A stretch of 64,000 nucleotides of DNA from Octopus vulgaris (GCA_951406725.2 OX597832.1:61256001-61320000); one strand, 5' to 3'; positions 42,641-62,363 are shown, numbered from the stretch's first letter. The notes: generated by a model from the letters alone, not told the origin. Numbers and translations are program-made.

Positions 42641-43056
42641 TTACTCCTTTACTCTTTTACTTGTTTCAGTCATTTGACTGCAGCCATGCTGGAGCACCGC
42701 CTTTAGTCGAACAAATCGACCCCGGAACTTATTCTTTGTAAGCCCAGTACTTATTTTATCGGTCTCTTTTGCCGAACCGCTAAGTGTAGGGGACGTAAAC
42801 ACACCAGCATCGGTTATCAAGCAATGCTAGGGAGACAAACACAGACACGCAAACACATACACACACATACATATATATATATATGTACATATATACGACA
42901 GGCTTCTTTCGGTTTCCGTCCACCAAATCCACTCACAAGGCATTGGTCGGCCCGGGGCTATAGCAGAAGACACTTGCCCAAGATGCCACGCAGTGGGACT
43001 GAACCCGGAACCATGTGGTTAGTTAGCAAGCTACTTGCCACACAGCCACTCCTATG
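42641..43056 (-). mobile_element. SINE family A, full length, young-looking
   Basis: Close to the consensus inferred from the other copies; the tail ends in gagtaaaa-like repeats. Confidence 0.92.
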
Positions 43057-43884
43057 AATCTGTAATCCGGGCAGATAGGCCAACTGGGGCCATTCTGTAG
43101 CTTATGTCGTTGTCTTGATTCTATGGCTGTCTCGTCTTTTACTTTTCTAGTGCATCGTTCTATGTTTGAGATTATGTAATTTTACAGAGATTTCGCTGCT
43201 CCTTCTAGTAAATTGAAATGCTGCGAATTTATTAAACTCCTCCGCACAAACTTTATGCAGATTTTGTTTCCTTAAAAATAAATTTCTCCCCAGTCTCTCC
43301 TTTTTTCCCCATTCTCTGTCGCTCTCTCTGTCTCTCCCTAACTCTCCCTCTTTCCTTCCCTCTCTCTCCTTCTCCCTCTCTCTTCCACATGCATATATTC
43401 ACACGTTTATTTTCACGTTATACTTGTGAGTGTAAGCGTATAAGTTTACTTGTATAGGAAACACAGCTGGACGCGCACACGCTATCGTATATAATTAACG
43501 AGTGAAGAATTTCTGATCTAAAAAAAGTGGTGGTGGTGGTGGAGGGGGGACATTGTATCATTTTACAGTTGGTAAATGCGAAAACCAAAAGGAGAAATAT
43601 ATTGTAAAAGAGCATAAAAAGAATGTTCTGTGCATTCATAATTGCACGTTGCAGAGGTGCAACTGGGCATATGCACTTTGCGATGCATTGTGTATGATAT
43701 TCTTGATATGAAGAAAAGCAGCAACAGATTTTTTTCAAAGTTAATTAATTTAGTCACAGTACTGTTAATAAAACCGAATCACGTCCGCAGTTATCACCAT
43801 ATTGTTGAAGTTCAGATGCACCTCCATCTCACATATTGCATTCTATAATTCAAAACACACACACACTCACAGATTATATATATA

Positions 43885-43927
<43 letters not shown>

Positions 43928-43971
43928 TACAATAAAATTCTTTCTGGATATATATATATATACATACACAC

Positions 43972-44004
<33 letters not shown>

Positions 44005-44053
44005 ATATATATATCTTTTATTAAATTATTTCTTTCTCTCTCTCTCACTCTCC

Positions 44054-44133
<80 letters not shown>

Positions 44134-44605
44134 ATGTATATGAAATTTCTTTTACGGCTAAAATGTGGAAGTAGAAGGAAAGGGAGACAGGAAAGTGAGG
44201 AGAGAGAGAGAGAGAGAGAGAAAAAGAAGTAGCGTCAAAGAGGATGCAGAAGGTGAAAGTCACAGTAAGCGAGGTGAGTTGGTGTGAAGAAGAAAAGGAG
44301 GAGTGAAAAAAAGAAAGAAAAAAGGAAACATGAGAAAGAGAGTAGATTAAAAAAACGCCATATTGGCGGGTGGAGTGAATATTTCATTCACGCACACTAA
44401 CACACGTACGCACGCGTACATTACTTTTATAGAAGAAAGAAAATTTCTGAATTGTCTCCCTTTTCTCTTTCATCAGAATTAGTAATTCAGATAATGACAC
44501 GTTCCCGCCACAAACACCGAAACTTAAATAAGTTACATTTTGTAACTTACCACAGCATCTACAATAACTTCCATTTTACCAAATACGTCCGTATGCGTGA
44601 GTGTA

Positions 44606-44656
<51 letters not shown>

Positions 44657-44869
44657 GTGTGTGTATGTGTGTGTGTGTGTGCCTATGTATAAAATTATAA
44701 TTAGAGAGAAATATACAATGATAAAATTCCTTTAACAATTTAACAACAATTGTTTCGCTGCTTAATAAACATGGGTAAATAATTTATTTTATTGTATTTT
44801 ATAACATGTTGTGTTTTGTAGAATGATACTGTGACTTAAGTTTATATATATATATATATATATATATAC

Positions 44870-44917
<48 letters not shown>

Positions 44918-46318
44918 TTTATTTGTTTCAGTCATAGGGTTCTGCCCATACTGGAGAGAAAAATCGATCAGCACGAGAGCCTAGCCAACTGCTATCTGTT
45001 TCTGTCGGTTGCTGTCCAGATGTCAGGTATTCTAGGGCCCTGTACCACTGATTTTCTTTGAAAAATAGGGATAACAGCGGCCTGTCCGAGAGACAAGCCC
45101 CACTAGTATAACCCCCTTTCTTGAACGCGAAATTGGAACACATATAGCGCAAAAACTCCACACACAGAAGAAATAATGTCCCAATGACGAACTACCTCAG
45201 TACAGAAGAATATGAACACCACACCCAGAACAAAGAATAAAATAATGCAAACAAATTGATCACACAACAGTTTGTCCAATAGACAGACAAATCCAAGGGA
45301 CACATGCATTCAAAAAAAGATGCCACCTAAGAGTAAAGTCCTTTCATTCGTTGTTTTATCCACGAGAAACTCCGCGATCGGCTTGAAAATTTGGTAAGGA
45401 ACTAGGCTATTTTCCTACTTTTCTTATCATGAAACCAGTGGTAGCCTTAATTCACAAATAAAGAATATGTGTGTGTGCGTAGTATGTGAGTGGGCAATAT
45501 AAAGATTCTCCAATTTCCGTTTTCCTCATTCATTATATATATATATATATATTCTTATATAAACGTATATATTCATAGATACCTTTAAATGTAAACACCA
45601 TTACATAGAAATGACTATGACTATATATATATATATATATATATTCATATCAATAGCTACAAATATTTATGTATATGCATATACACATATGCACACATAA
45701 GCACAGATGTATAGATAAGTTCATACACACACACACATACGCACACACACACACACACCACACACATACACACACTTCGGTTAATAGCCTCACATCAGTC
45801 TCAGGAAAGAGTTCGTTCGCATAACGGTAAAATAAAAATCAGATACTTATGAGAACAAAAAAAAAAACAACAAAAAACAACAAAAACAAAAAACAGAAAC
45901 AAAAAGGCAATTACAGTTGATTTATTTAGTGGCAGAATATTTGATACATCCGAGTGCTTACTAAGAACTCCATTTCCTTCTTCTCCAAGAACAAAACCCT
46001 TTCCACAATAAATCGCCTCTCATACATGTGCTATTCTATTATTTTTTTTATTCTCTTGCAGCGAGGTTTGTCGATCGGCAAGTGACTGGATTGTCTTCCT
46101 ATCTTTTTTTTTTTTTTTTCTTCTATGGTTTCTTATATCTATTGGGTTATGTTGACTCCCTGGGTGGTTTCGTATACATAACAACATAGCTATTATTGGT
46201 TAAGAGTGTACATATGTATATGGGGATACGGATATATGAATATATAATTATACATACACACATGCATATATGTATACACACACACAGAGAAGCACACACG
46301 CACATACACATATACATA

Positions 46319-46975
46319 CAGGGGTTGGACAAAATAATGGAAACACATAGCATCATAATTTTGAAATATCTATATAACCGTCAAAAGCTAGTTTATTTTT
46401 TATGTTTTTTGATATATTATTAGTGTTGCTTAATATGTTTTGCTAAAACTGCTGTTTCTCTTCAGATATCATCAGAAAATGGTAATTAAAATTCATTAAA
46501 ATGACAGATCTATCGGACTTTCAAAGAAGTCAAATTGTTGGTGCTCGTATGGCAGGCGCTAGTGTAATGAACACGGCCGAAATGTTTGGCATATCAAGAA
46601 GTGCTGTCTCGAAAGTAAAGACTGCTTTTGAGAAAGAGGGAAAAACCTCCTTGGCGAAACAAAGCTCCGGGAGAAAATCGAAGCTTTCCGTTAGGGACCA
46701 TCGGACTTTTACGCGAATTGTTAGAAAGGATCACAAAAGTACAGACCACCTGGAGAACCCATTTTCCACAAAAACTGTTCGCCGGGAGCTGCACAATGCC
46801 GGATTTCATAATAGGGCTGCAATCAGAAAACCACTACTTTCAAAAACAAACGTTGCAAAGCGTTTAGTGTGGAGTAAAAACCTACCGAATTGGTCCCTAG
46901 AGCAGTGAATGAATATTATTTTCTCGGACGAGTCATCCTGTACCGTATTTCTGACCAAGTCCACAGGTGTGTGTG
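46319..46975 (+). pseudogene. Tc1-like transposon, left TIR plus N-terminal half of the transposase (ORF 46501-46908)
   Basis: TA|caggggttggacaaaataatggaaacac terminus; MTDLSDFQRSQIVGARMAGAS...SGRKSKLS.RD.R...TVRRELH.AG...AAIRKPLLS...W..EQ*.NIIFSDES. Truncated by (CATA)n. Confidence 0.92.
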
Positions 46976-47149
46976 GAATGTATATGTGTATATGCATGTA
47001 TATATACATACATACATACCTACATACATACATACATACATACCTACCTACATACATACATACATACATACATACATACATACATACATACATACATACA
47101 TACATACATACATACGTACGTACATACATAAACGAATATATATGTCTCT

Positions 47150-47336
47150 TTCTTTCTTTTGTTATCTTACCGTTTTTATCATTGTTTCCGACGAAGAGCT
47201 CCGCTCGAAACGTTAGACCCTTCTTCCCTTCTTTCCTTAGCGTCAATAATACTTTAATTGTTCCACGTTCTCGCGTTGCTGTGTTTTTTTTTCCTGTTTT
47301 TTTTTCTCTTTTTTTTCTGTTTTCTTGTTTGTATTA

Positions 47337-47340
<4 letters not shown>
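47150..47340 (+). mobile_element. Hammerhead-bearing short element (family H1 variant)
   Basis: gttt CCGACGA a gagc-tcc-gctc GAAA cgtt agac at 47184-47218; ends gtattaacttt(TA)n. Confidence 0.8.
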
Positions 47341-47406
<66 letters not shown>

Positions 47407-47440
47407 CGTAATTAATGGCGATGGAAGCGTTATTAATACC

Positions 47441-47583
47441 AAAAGACAATCTTTATGCCCATCTTAACGTGGATGTTGTATTGAAACATCGAATACTGTG
47501 TCATTTATCTTGAGATGACCTCGTACAGTATTCGCTGTTCAAACACAACGTCCACGTTAAGTTAGATATGAAGATTGCCTTTT
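47441..47583. repeat. ~143-bp near-complete palindrome (foldback)
   Basis: aaaagacaatctttat...cttaacgtggatgttgt...cgaatactgt pairs with acagtattcg...acaacgtccacgttaag...atgaagattgcctttt; inner gtcattt/agatgac extends the stem. Confidence 0.88.
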
Positions 47584-47701
47584 CATAGTGACTAGCATAC
47601 AATTAGATCCTGACATTATCTGTTGAATTGTCTTAAAAACAAGGCTTAAAAATGTCTATTTTACAACGAATGTACCCTGACATGTTCACCTTATGATTAT
47701 G

Positions 47702-47898
<197 letters not shown>

Positions 47899-48451
47899 CA
47901 TATCATCATCATCATTATTATTATTATTATTATTATTGAGTGAGGGAGCAGTGCATGCCATCAAAGTGATACTGGTGTAATATTTATGAAGCCCAGTGTA
48001 CCCATCATGACTACCCGTCTGATAAGGGTACACCAGGCATATGCATCCCAACCATATGTGCGCGACATGGTGATCTCATATCAAGACAAACAGCGCATGA
48101 CCTTGGAGGTGGGTCCCAGTTAGAATATTCTTCTGGTCGAGTAACCCATCCCACTCAAAAGGTCCCTGAATAAGGATTGTTTAAGGATGTTGAATGAAAC
48201 ACCCATGTTTCCAGAGGTGAATTATTCAAACCCCAAAGAATCCCTCTCAACACATGGCTATGATGCTCCCCCACTACTTCTGCTCGTGATCAGAGATGAA
48301 CATATCATCAGCCACTAAGGGACATGCTCAACTGGTTAAGATCAAACAACTAACAAGCAAATCTGTGGTATTGAGCAGAATATTTGCTGTAGCCCATCTT
48401 TTATACCAAGACAAAACAATGTACATGATAACACTTCCAATCAGTTAAGAT

Positions 48452-54155
<5,704 letters not shown>

Positions 54156-54196
54156 ATGTATGTATATATACATATATATATGTATGCATATATATG

Positions 54197-54270
<74 letters not shown>

Positions 54271-54336
54271 CATATATGTGTGTATTTAGCAGCATCAGCG
54301 CCAAGCAGTTATGAAGAAATAATTAACTTTAGTTTA

Positions 54337-54904
54337 GTTAAAATATGTTTGTGATACATTTTGACTTTTAAAGGCTAATTTACTGCATTTATCCGTGGAA
54401 AAAAATTCTCTCCTATGGTAAAAGGTGTAAAAACCCCATATCTGCCTAGCGCTTTTTAGCTCTAGCGGATTCCCGGACTCACGTTTTTGGCCTTTTAGCC
54501 TACCTCAATGGGAAATACAGATGAAAGATATCCTTGGGCAGATTCAAAGCTGTAACTTTAACTAAAAGGCAGTCATCATCCCTGACTGAATTGCGCTATT
54601 CGACAGGCCGATCAGGATAAAAGCGACACCTTCAGCACGAAGCAGTGATTGAATATAAAAATATTTCTTACTGGCTTAGAGTTCATTTGTTCTTAATCAC
54701 TGCTCAGAGTTATCTCCCTTCGGTATTTCTGATTGAAGATGGTTAAAGGGCCAGAAACGGACGTCTGGGAAAATCTCCTAGAGAAAAGCATTGGACAGAT
54801 ATTGTGTGGTTACACCTTTTACAATAAAAGAGAATTATTTTCTCCATGGTAACGGCTGTGAATTTGCTCTTAGGAGTTAAAATATCTCACAAATATATTT
54901 TAAC
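54337..54904. mobile_element. Old foldback/MITE-like element with ~200-bp diverged inverted arms
   Basis: gttaaaatatgtttgtga...aattctctcctatggtaaaaggtgtaa...cgtttttggccttttagcc pairs with ggttaaagggccagaaacg...ttacaccttttacaataaaagagaatt...tcacaaatatattttaac. Confidence 0.78.
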
Positions 54905-54913
54905 ATGCTGATT

Positions 54914-54949
<36 letters not shown>

Positions 54950-54955
<6 letters not shown>

Positions 54956-55130
54956 TCACCATGCTGCACTGCTGAAATCTTCAAGTTTATTTCCTGTTAT
55001 TCCTTTCTGTCGAAGAGCGTAGGCTCGAAACATAAAATACTTTTTCATTTTCCCGAGCGTCAAACTGATACATTTGCTCGTTGTTCACACAACTCTTTTC
55101 GTCTTTTGTTTTTCTATAAATTTCAACTAT
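54950..55130 (+). mobile_element. Hammerhead-like short element (family H2)
   Basis: ttt CTGTCGA a gagc-gtag-gctc GAAA cata aaa at 55004-55037; (TA)n upstream and a short tatata at the 3' end. Confidence 0.65.
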
Positions 55131-55189
55131 ATAAATGTGTGTGTGTGTGTGTGTGTGTGAATATGTGTGTGGGTGTGTATGCGTGTATA

Positions 55190-55412
55190 TCTTTGTGTCT
55201 GTGCTTCTTCCTCATTATCGTTGGACAACTGGTTTTGATGCGTTTAAATCCTCGTAATCCCGTTACATAGCATTTCGGCAAAAGAGAACGATAGAATAAT
55301 TGTTAAACTTAAAAAAGAAATCCTGAGATTGATTCATTGGAATAAAATCCTTCAAGGTGGTGCCCCAGCATGGTCGCGGTATAATGACTGAAACAAGTAA
55401 AAGACAAAGAGT
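55190..55412 (+). mobile_element. SINE family A, diverged 3' half
   Basis: ttcggcaaaagagaacgatagaataa...aaggtggtgccccagcatggtcgcggtataatgactgaaacaagtaaaaga. Confidence 0.8.
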
Positions 55413-55783
55413 AAATTAAGTGAACATGTTCCCAGTGATATTAAAGGAAGGACTTTTTAGGAGGGTTTGCGGCTCATCACACTAGAAGCAACATTGATTG
55501 CCACTTATCCTCCTATAAATATATGGTGGGCTTCTGAATAGTCTCCGTTTACTAAATCCACTCACAAGGTATTGGTCGGCCCAGGCTTACACTTTGATGA
55601 CATTTGCTGCGTAGTAGAACTGAACTCAAAGCGACGTGGTTGCAGAGCGAAGTATAGCTATGATTCCGAGAAGAATACCAGCATCATTGATTTTCGTTCA
55701 CTGCCCCAGTTTATTAAAATCTAATAATATTGGGATTTTAACAATTACATTCATTACCCCCAAAATTTAACAACAACAACAGC

Positions 55784-55839
<56 letters not shown>

Positions 55840-55856
55840 TAATAGTAATAATAATA

Positions 55857-55904
<48 letters not shown>

Positions 55905-56511
55905 TTAATTCGCGGCTTCATTTGTTTGAGAAAAACAAAGAAGGAAAAGACCAACAAACGAATAAAGAAATATACAATAAAACAACAACAATCAGAACCA
56001 CAACGACAACAATAACAATAACCAGAACAACACCAACAACAACAGCACCAAGACCAAAAGCAATGTATCACTCACAGAAACAAAGAAAATGAGCCAGCTA
56101 CAAGACTGTATTTCAAATTCCACTGTTAATAATAGCATTTAAGAAACCATTTCAGCTCTGAAGAAAGTTGGTGTTGGTAATTTTATTCCAGCCGTTAATT
56201 AAAATTCCAAACGGTATGAAGCAATTAAGCTGGTGTAATCCAAAAAGCAGGGAACTATTGTTAGAACTAATTCAGATTCATTTAGTTCATTAAAAAAAGA
56301 AAGAAAGTAAAAGAGAGAGAAAGAACATTATCAAAAAGAAAAAAAAGAACTCAGTCAAAGAAAATATAACGAATACAGCATTCATACGAAACGTACGACG
56401 ACCAACGCGTGCTTGCGTGTGTGTGTGAGGGCAGTCTGGCGAAATGGCAGAAGCAAATTTTAATTTTTTTTTACTATTGTTCCCTTCGCCAACGACTTAC
56501 ACACACACACA

Positions 56512-56576
<65 letters not shown>

Positions 56577-56753
56577 AAGTAATGGGACATTTACAAAAAA
56601 GGTGTACTTGACTTACTTTTTTTTTATTATTGTGAAGCTATCAGAAACATCAAACCGCAATTGGCTCCATTCGGAAAATTATTCAACTTACAAATGAAGC
56701 TAGCCTCGAGGTAAATGCGAAAAGGACCGCTGTAAAACGAAATGCATTACAAA

Positions 56754-56798
<45 letters not shown>

Positions 56799-56800
56799 CA

Positions 56801-56870
<70 letters not shown>

Positions 56871-56901
56871 TATTATTACTATTATTATTATTATTATTAT
56901 T

Positions 56902-58601
56902 CAGTAGTTTTATTTTTATTTTTATAGCGTGCTTTAACTTCACTACCGAGCGCAGCTCTGTGTGCCTTGGGTATGTGCTGTGATTTGTTGTGATGCTCTG
57001 ATGGTTATTGTATGGAAAGTGTTCTGCGTAGGATGTGTGCAGTGCCTAGTAGTGCAATTTTCTGTATGTTATATGTGTTTGTAAGTCCTGGTGTTTTTGT
57101 TATGTATTTGTCTGAATATTTTTTTATCATGCCTAATGCACCTACTATGATAGGAATTGTTTCTGTTTTCAGATTCCACATTCTAGTTACCTCTATTTCC
57201 AGGTCTTTGTATTTTGAGAGTTTCTCCATTTCTTTTAGAGACACGTTGTCATTTGCCGGTATTGATACATCAATTAGAAAGCATTTTTTTCTTCATGGTC
57301 TCTGACAACTATATCTGGTCTGTTGGCCTTAATTTCTCTATCTGTGTGTATCGGCATATCCCAGAGTATGGTTGCTTTCTCGTTTTCTGTGACCTTTTCT
57401 GGTGTGTGCCTATACCATCTTTTTTCTGTTGTTATTCCATAATGTTGGCATAGCTTCCAATGTATGTAAGTTCCAACTCTGTCATGTCTGTGAATATATT
57501 CCTTCTTAGCCAGGACTGGGCAGCTAGAGATAATATGATTTATTGTTTCTTGTCCATCTCCACATATTCTGCAGTTACTTGTAATATTTCTTTTCATTAC
57601 ATGTTTTTGGTAATTTCTGGTGGGGAGGCTTTGGTCTTGTGCTGCAATTAAAAATCCCTCTGTTTCTGCTTTGAGTCCTGAGCTTCTCAACCATTGCTGG
57701 GATTTTTCTTTGTCTATTTCTTTTGCGTTTAGTTTAGTCCAGTATTTACCATGAAGGGGCTTTTCTTGCCATCGTTTTATCATGGTTCGTTGCTGTTCTA
57801 TTTTTAGTTTGGATTTCATTTTTTTTATAGCTTTTGTTGTTTCTTCATCTTCTTCTTCTTCTTCTTCTTCTTCTTCTTCTTCTTCTTCTTCTTCTTCTTC
57901 TTCTTCTTCTTCTTCTTCTTCTTCTTCTTCATGTTTATTAGGTGGTATGATTTCTTGTTTGTATTTGTCAGCTTCCTTAAATACTGAGAACAGTTTTTTG
58001 TTTTGCTCGTGTTTTGCCGCTATCTGGATCAGTTTTCCTTCCTTCTGAAGTAGATATTTTTGCAGTCCTATGGTGGTTATTTTATAGTAGTTTTCCAGCT
58101 GTATAAGGCCTCTACCACCTTCTATACGTTGTATATATAGTCTTTCTATGTCAGATTTTGGGTGATGCATCCTAGATCCTGTCATTATTTTTCTTGTTTT
58201 CCTGTCTATTTTGGTCAGTTCATTTCGTGTCCAGTTAAGGATATTGTAGCTGTAACTTATAACTGGGAGAGCTAAAGTGTTGATACCTATTATCTTGTTT
58301 TTAGCATTGAGCTCTGTGTTTAGTATTGATCTAACTCGTCTATAATATTCTTTTTTTATTTTCTCTTTCATTTGTGTGTGTTGTGTCTTATCTAGTTCAT
58401 GGATTCCTAAGTATTTGTAAGTTTGGCTTTGGTCTAATTCTTTTATTTCATTTGCTTCATCTAGTGTGATGTTGTTACTCTTAACTAGTTTTCCTCTTTT
58501 CATGGTTACTTTGGCGCATTTTTCTAATCCAAATTTCATATCTATTTCTTTGGTAAATCCATGAACTGTCTTTAATAGTGTTTCCAGCTGTTTGTCATTT
58601 G

Positions 58602-58605
<4 letters not shown>
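56902..58605 (-). mobile_element. 5'-truncated non-LTR retrotransposon, R4/Dong-like clade, inserted in (TAA)n
   Basis: RT 3' part, zinc knuckle and RLE, then a ~100-nt 3' UTR. (TAA)n tracts at 56754-56901 and 58604-59147 abut both ends. Confidence 0.92.
57005..58605 (-). pseudogene. Truncated LINE ORF: RT C-terminal region, CCHC knuckle and restriction-like endonuclease, with one frameshift at ~57285
   Basis: MKFGLEKC, YKYLGI, RLYIQRIEGGRGL, CRICGDGQETINHIISSC (CX2CX8HX4C), RHD and RPDIV; after the shift CFLIDVSIP...EKLSKYKDL...PIIVGALG...GTAHILRRTL. Begins just after where YMDD would lie. Confidence 0.92.
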
Positions 58606-58683
<78 letters not shown>

Positions 58684-58688
58684 CATCA

Positions 58689-58755
<67 letters not shown>

Positions 58756-58760
58756 CATCA

Positions 58761-58864
<104 letters not shown>

Positions 58865-58904
58865 ATTATTATTAATATTATTATCATTATTATCATTATT
58901 ATTA

Positions 58905-58959
<55 letters not shown>

Positions 58960-58961
58960 CA

Positions 58962-59034
<73 letters not shown>

Positions 59035-59081
59035 TATTATTATTATTATTATTACTATTATTATTATTATTATTATTATTA

Positions 59082-59148
<67 letters not shown>

Positions 59149-59212
59149 GAACCCGGACCCATGTGGCTGGGAACAAGCTTCTTACCACACAGTCACTCCA
59201 GTGCCTGGTAAA

Positions 59213-59592
59213 TAGTCATGGAAAACCGTCGTGTAACAATCCAGGAGATTGCTCACGAAGTGAGAATATGCACAGGAACATTGTTTTCTATTTTAACAGA
59301 TGATTTGTTCATGCAGAGAGAGTCGATGAAAAAAATAATGTCGGATACCTTTTGAATGTACCTCGTAATTCAAGTTTTCCTAGTCGAGAACAACGCACCA
59401 CTTGTTCTACAGGCTCCTAACGACGACATAACTCCATAGTGTTCCAGAGAAGGCGTTCCAGAAGTATTAACAGCGGCGGCAAAACTGCTGGGAGTTGTGT
59501 GTGAACTCTCAAGGGGAATATTTTGAAGGTGATTAAATAAAATTTGTGAAATGTGCAACTTAAAGCCTGAATACCTTTTGAATGCGCTCGTA
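59213..59592 (+). mobile_element. Internally deleted mariner derivatives with two copies of a right terminal repeat
   Basis: IVMENRRVTIQEIAHEVRICTGTLFSILTDDLFMQRES, then ggataccttttgaatgtacctcgTA; next FQK...CWELCVNSQGEYFEGD*, then gaataccttttgaatgcgctcgTA. Confidence 0.75.
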
Positions 59593-59632
59593 TATATATA
59601 TATATATATATCTATATATATATATATATATA

Positions 59633-59930
59633 TCACCGTGATCACTGTGGCCGACCAGGCTATCAGATGTTGCTACACATCGCTGGTCACAATGCGCTTC
59701 ATGTTGTTTTAGCCTTTAAATGACGCCACCCCGCTGGCTAAGCGAGCAGGCCAACAGAAGAAAGAGTGAGAGAAAGTTGTGGCAAAAGAGTACAGTTGGA
59801 ATGGCCCACACCCCCGCCGGAGCCTCGTGGAGCTTTAGGAGTTTTCGCTCAATATACACTCACAGCGCCCGGTCTAGGAATCAAAACCACGATCCTACGA
59901 CCGCGAGACCGCTAGGCCATTGCGCCTCCA
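59633..59930 (-). mobile_element. SINE family D, between (TA)n and (CA)n
   Basis: Reverse complement of 23415-23712 with a small deletion in the head. Confidence 0.85.
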
Positions 59931-59970
59931 CACACACACACACGCACACATATACATATTTATATGTATG

Positions 59971-60011
<41 letters not shown>

Positions 60012-60813
60012 TAAGTAATTAAGGGTTTAGCAACGATTTGCCTCACCACACACCGAATTTAGAAATAGCAGTCAAAGAGTTATAGCTATTCTTTCTACTA
60101 AAAGGGAGATCTCAGTAAAACCACAGCACTTGACAGCTCGCTCTGATACTATGAGTTGAGATGATGTCTTCTAGTACCTCGAAATTTAATATACAATTAT
60201 TCATAATTGTAGTGTCCTACGCTGATGAGAAAAAAAGTTGGGTAAGACATAATTATCTAATTCTTATGCTTTCCTAAAACTTAATTTCGAAACGTACGTC
60301 CGTAGGTGACGTAATATTGTATGATCGATTGTCGTCATTTCTTTCTCTCTTGTCTGTGTTTGCCTTTCAAGTGCTGTGGTAACCTTACTCTGGAAGTTGA
60401 GTACATGATAAGAAAGGACATTTTTCAATTGTGCTAGGCTAATTATTAAGAGCAAGGAAGAGAGAGAGGGGGAGAGAGAGAACACTCGATCGACCTCAGC
60501 ATATTACTGGTACATACACAAGCCAACAATAGAATCTCTGTGTGAGTGCTCCCTTGAACTAGTAAAATGTTGTAACCGATTTGACTTGAAATCACACCTG
60601 ATGACACTGGGTTTTCTTTTTCATTATGGAACGGTACCATTAGACAATGTAATCAGAAATAAGGAAGAAAAAATATGACGAGATGATCACGGCTGGCAGG
60701 CTTTTGGTCACTGATCGGCTTAATCTAGAGCCGACGCGGTGCTAACCACTGCCATTGGCTACTTTGCTCGAAACTGTTTCTGCTACTATTACGGCTGCTC
60801 TTGCTACGTCTGT

Positions 60814-60891
<78 letters not shown>

Positions 60892-60997
60892 AGCTGCTGC
60901 TGGTGCTGCTGTTACTGCACCATAGATAGACAAATATGGCGCCGTTCCGGTTGCAACAGAACTAGCTAATGCTTAATGTATAGTTGACTTCATTTTG

Positions 60998-61038
<41 letters not shown>

Positions 61039-61047
61039 GTATATATA

Positions 61048-61095
<48 letters not shown>

Positions 61096-61155
61096 TTTTA
61101 TGTATGTATATATATATATATATATATACATAAATATATATATATATATATATAC

Positions 61156-61203
<48 letters not shown>

Positions 61204-62074
61204 AGAGAGAGAAAGTGAGGGAGAGAGAAATAACATTAGTGTGAATGAAGTGGGTGTAGCGTTGCAGGAGGTTGCGCATTCATGCCCGTCCTAGGGTCAT
61301 TAACTGCGGCAGTGAAGTAAAACGGCTTCATGCGAGTTATATGATTGTTTTTTAATTATGCTTACATCCCACACCTCCACATTTATGCACGAGGGCGCCG
61401 CTCCTGGCAACCTAGGAGCCTTAAGGCGGTCGCTAGAAATAACACCTGAATTCTATAGCATAAAACACACCCTGTCTTAAATAATGAAGGACCCGATGAC
61501 GGTTGTAGTCGTCGGTACAATGAAAGTCTCCGATACCTTTTAAAAGGACTGACATAATATAACACATTGAACTCATATTTTCTTCTACTAATTAATATTT
61601 TTAATTAAAGTATTTGCTCCACATTAAACATGTTCTATATGCATATAAAAATCACAGTAGCATCATTGATTACAGACCACTAACAGACCAGTCACTAGTG
61701 TACTACATTTCTAACAATGAGAATAAAAAGGGTGTGTCGGCAATTCGTTGCAGAACAAATGCCTTAAAGTGGCTCTGTTCGGAAAGCACCAGTTTTTCGG
61801 CAGCGGGTAAATGATGTAGATACACTACCTACACACGTTATTTTAATTAACTTGTAAGAAGAGGAAAATCTGTGGCAAAGACATTTCTAAGAATCTACAA
61901 TAGTAATGGCAAGAGATGTTTTCTTGTCATCCGGTTGACTTTGCAACTCCACAAACCTTCTTGCAAAAATTAGGGCTTTGTTTTACAAAATAGGGTTTAT
62001 AAGAACTATAATAATTCGAAATGTTGAATTGTATAGTCAAGCTTGAGTTTATCCTTGAGAGAGTCAAACCAAAG

Positions 62075-62363
62075 TATCACAACCTCGGTACCCTTATTGC
62101 TTGTGAAATTAATGTGCAAGTGATTGAGTACTCTAAGGACACGTGTGCCCTTAACGTAGCTGTCAGGAAGATTCAGCGTGACACAGAATGTGACAAGGCC
62201 GGCCCTTTGAAATACAGGTGCTACTCATTTTTCCCAGCTGAGTGGACTGCAGCAACTCGAAATAAAATGTCTTGCTCGAGGACACAATGCGTCGCCGGGA
62301 ATGGAACTCGCGACCTTACGATCGTGAGCCGAATGCCCTAACCACTAAGCCACGGACCTTCAC
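62075..62363 (-). mobile_element. SINE family E (tRNA-like head plus conserved central domain)
   Basis: Minus strand: gtggcttagtggttagggcattcggctcacgatcgtaaggtcgcgagttccattcccgg (A/B boxes), then gtgtcctcgagcaagacatttt...gtccactcagctg. A decayed relative lies at ~32845-32970. Confidence 0.75.

Noticed and set aside
61488-61532. CCGATGA...GAAAGTC hammerhead-like motif
   Set aside because: The core is sequestered in a competing 8-bp hairpin (ccgatgac/gtcgtcgg), stem III is absent, and it is a single occurrence.
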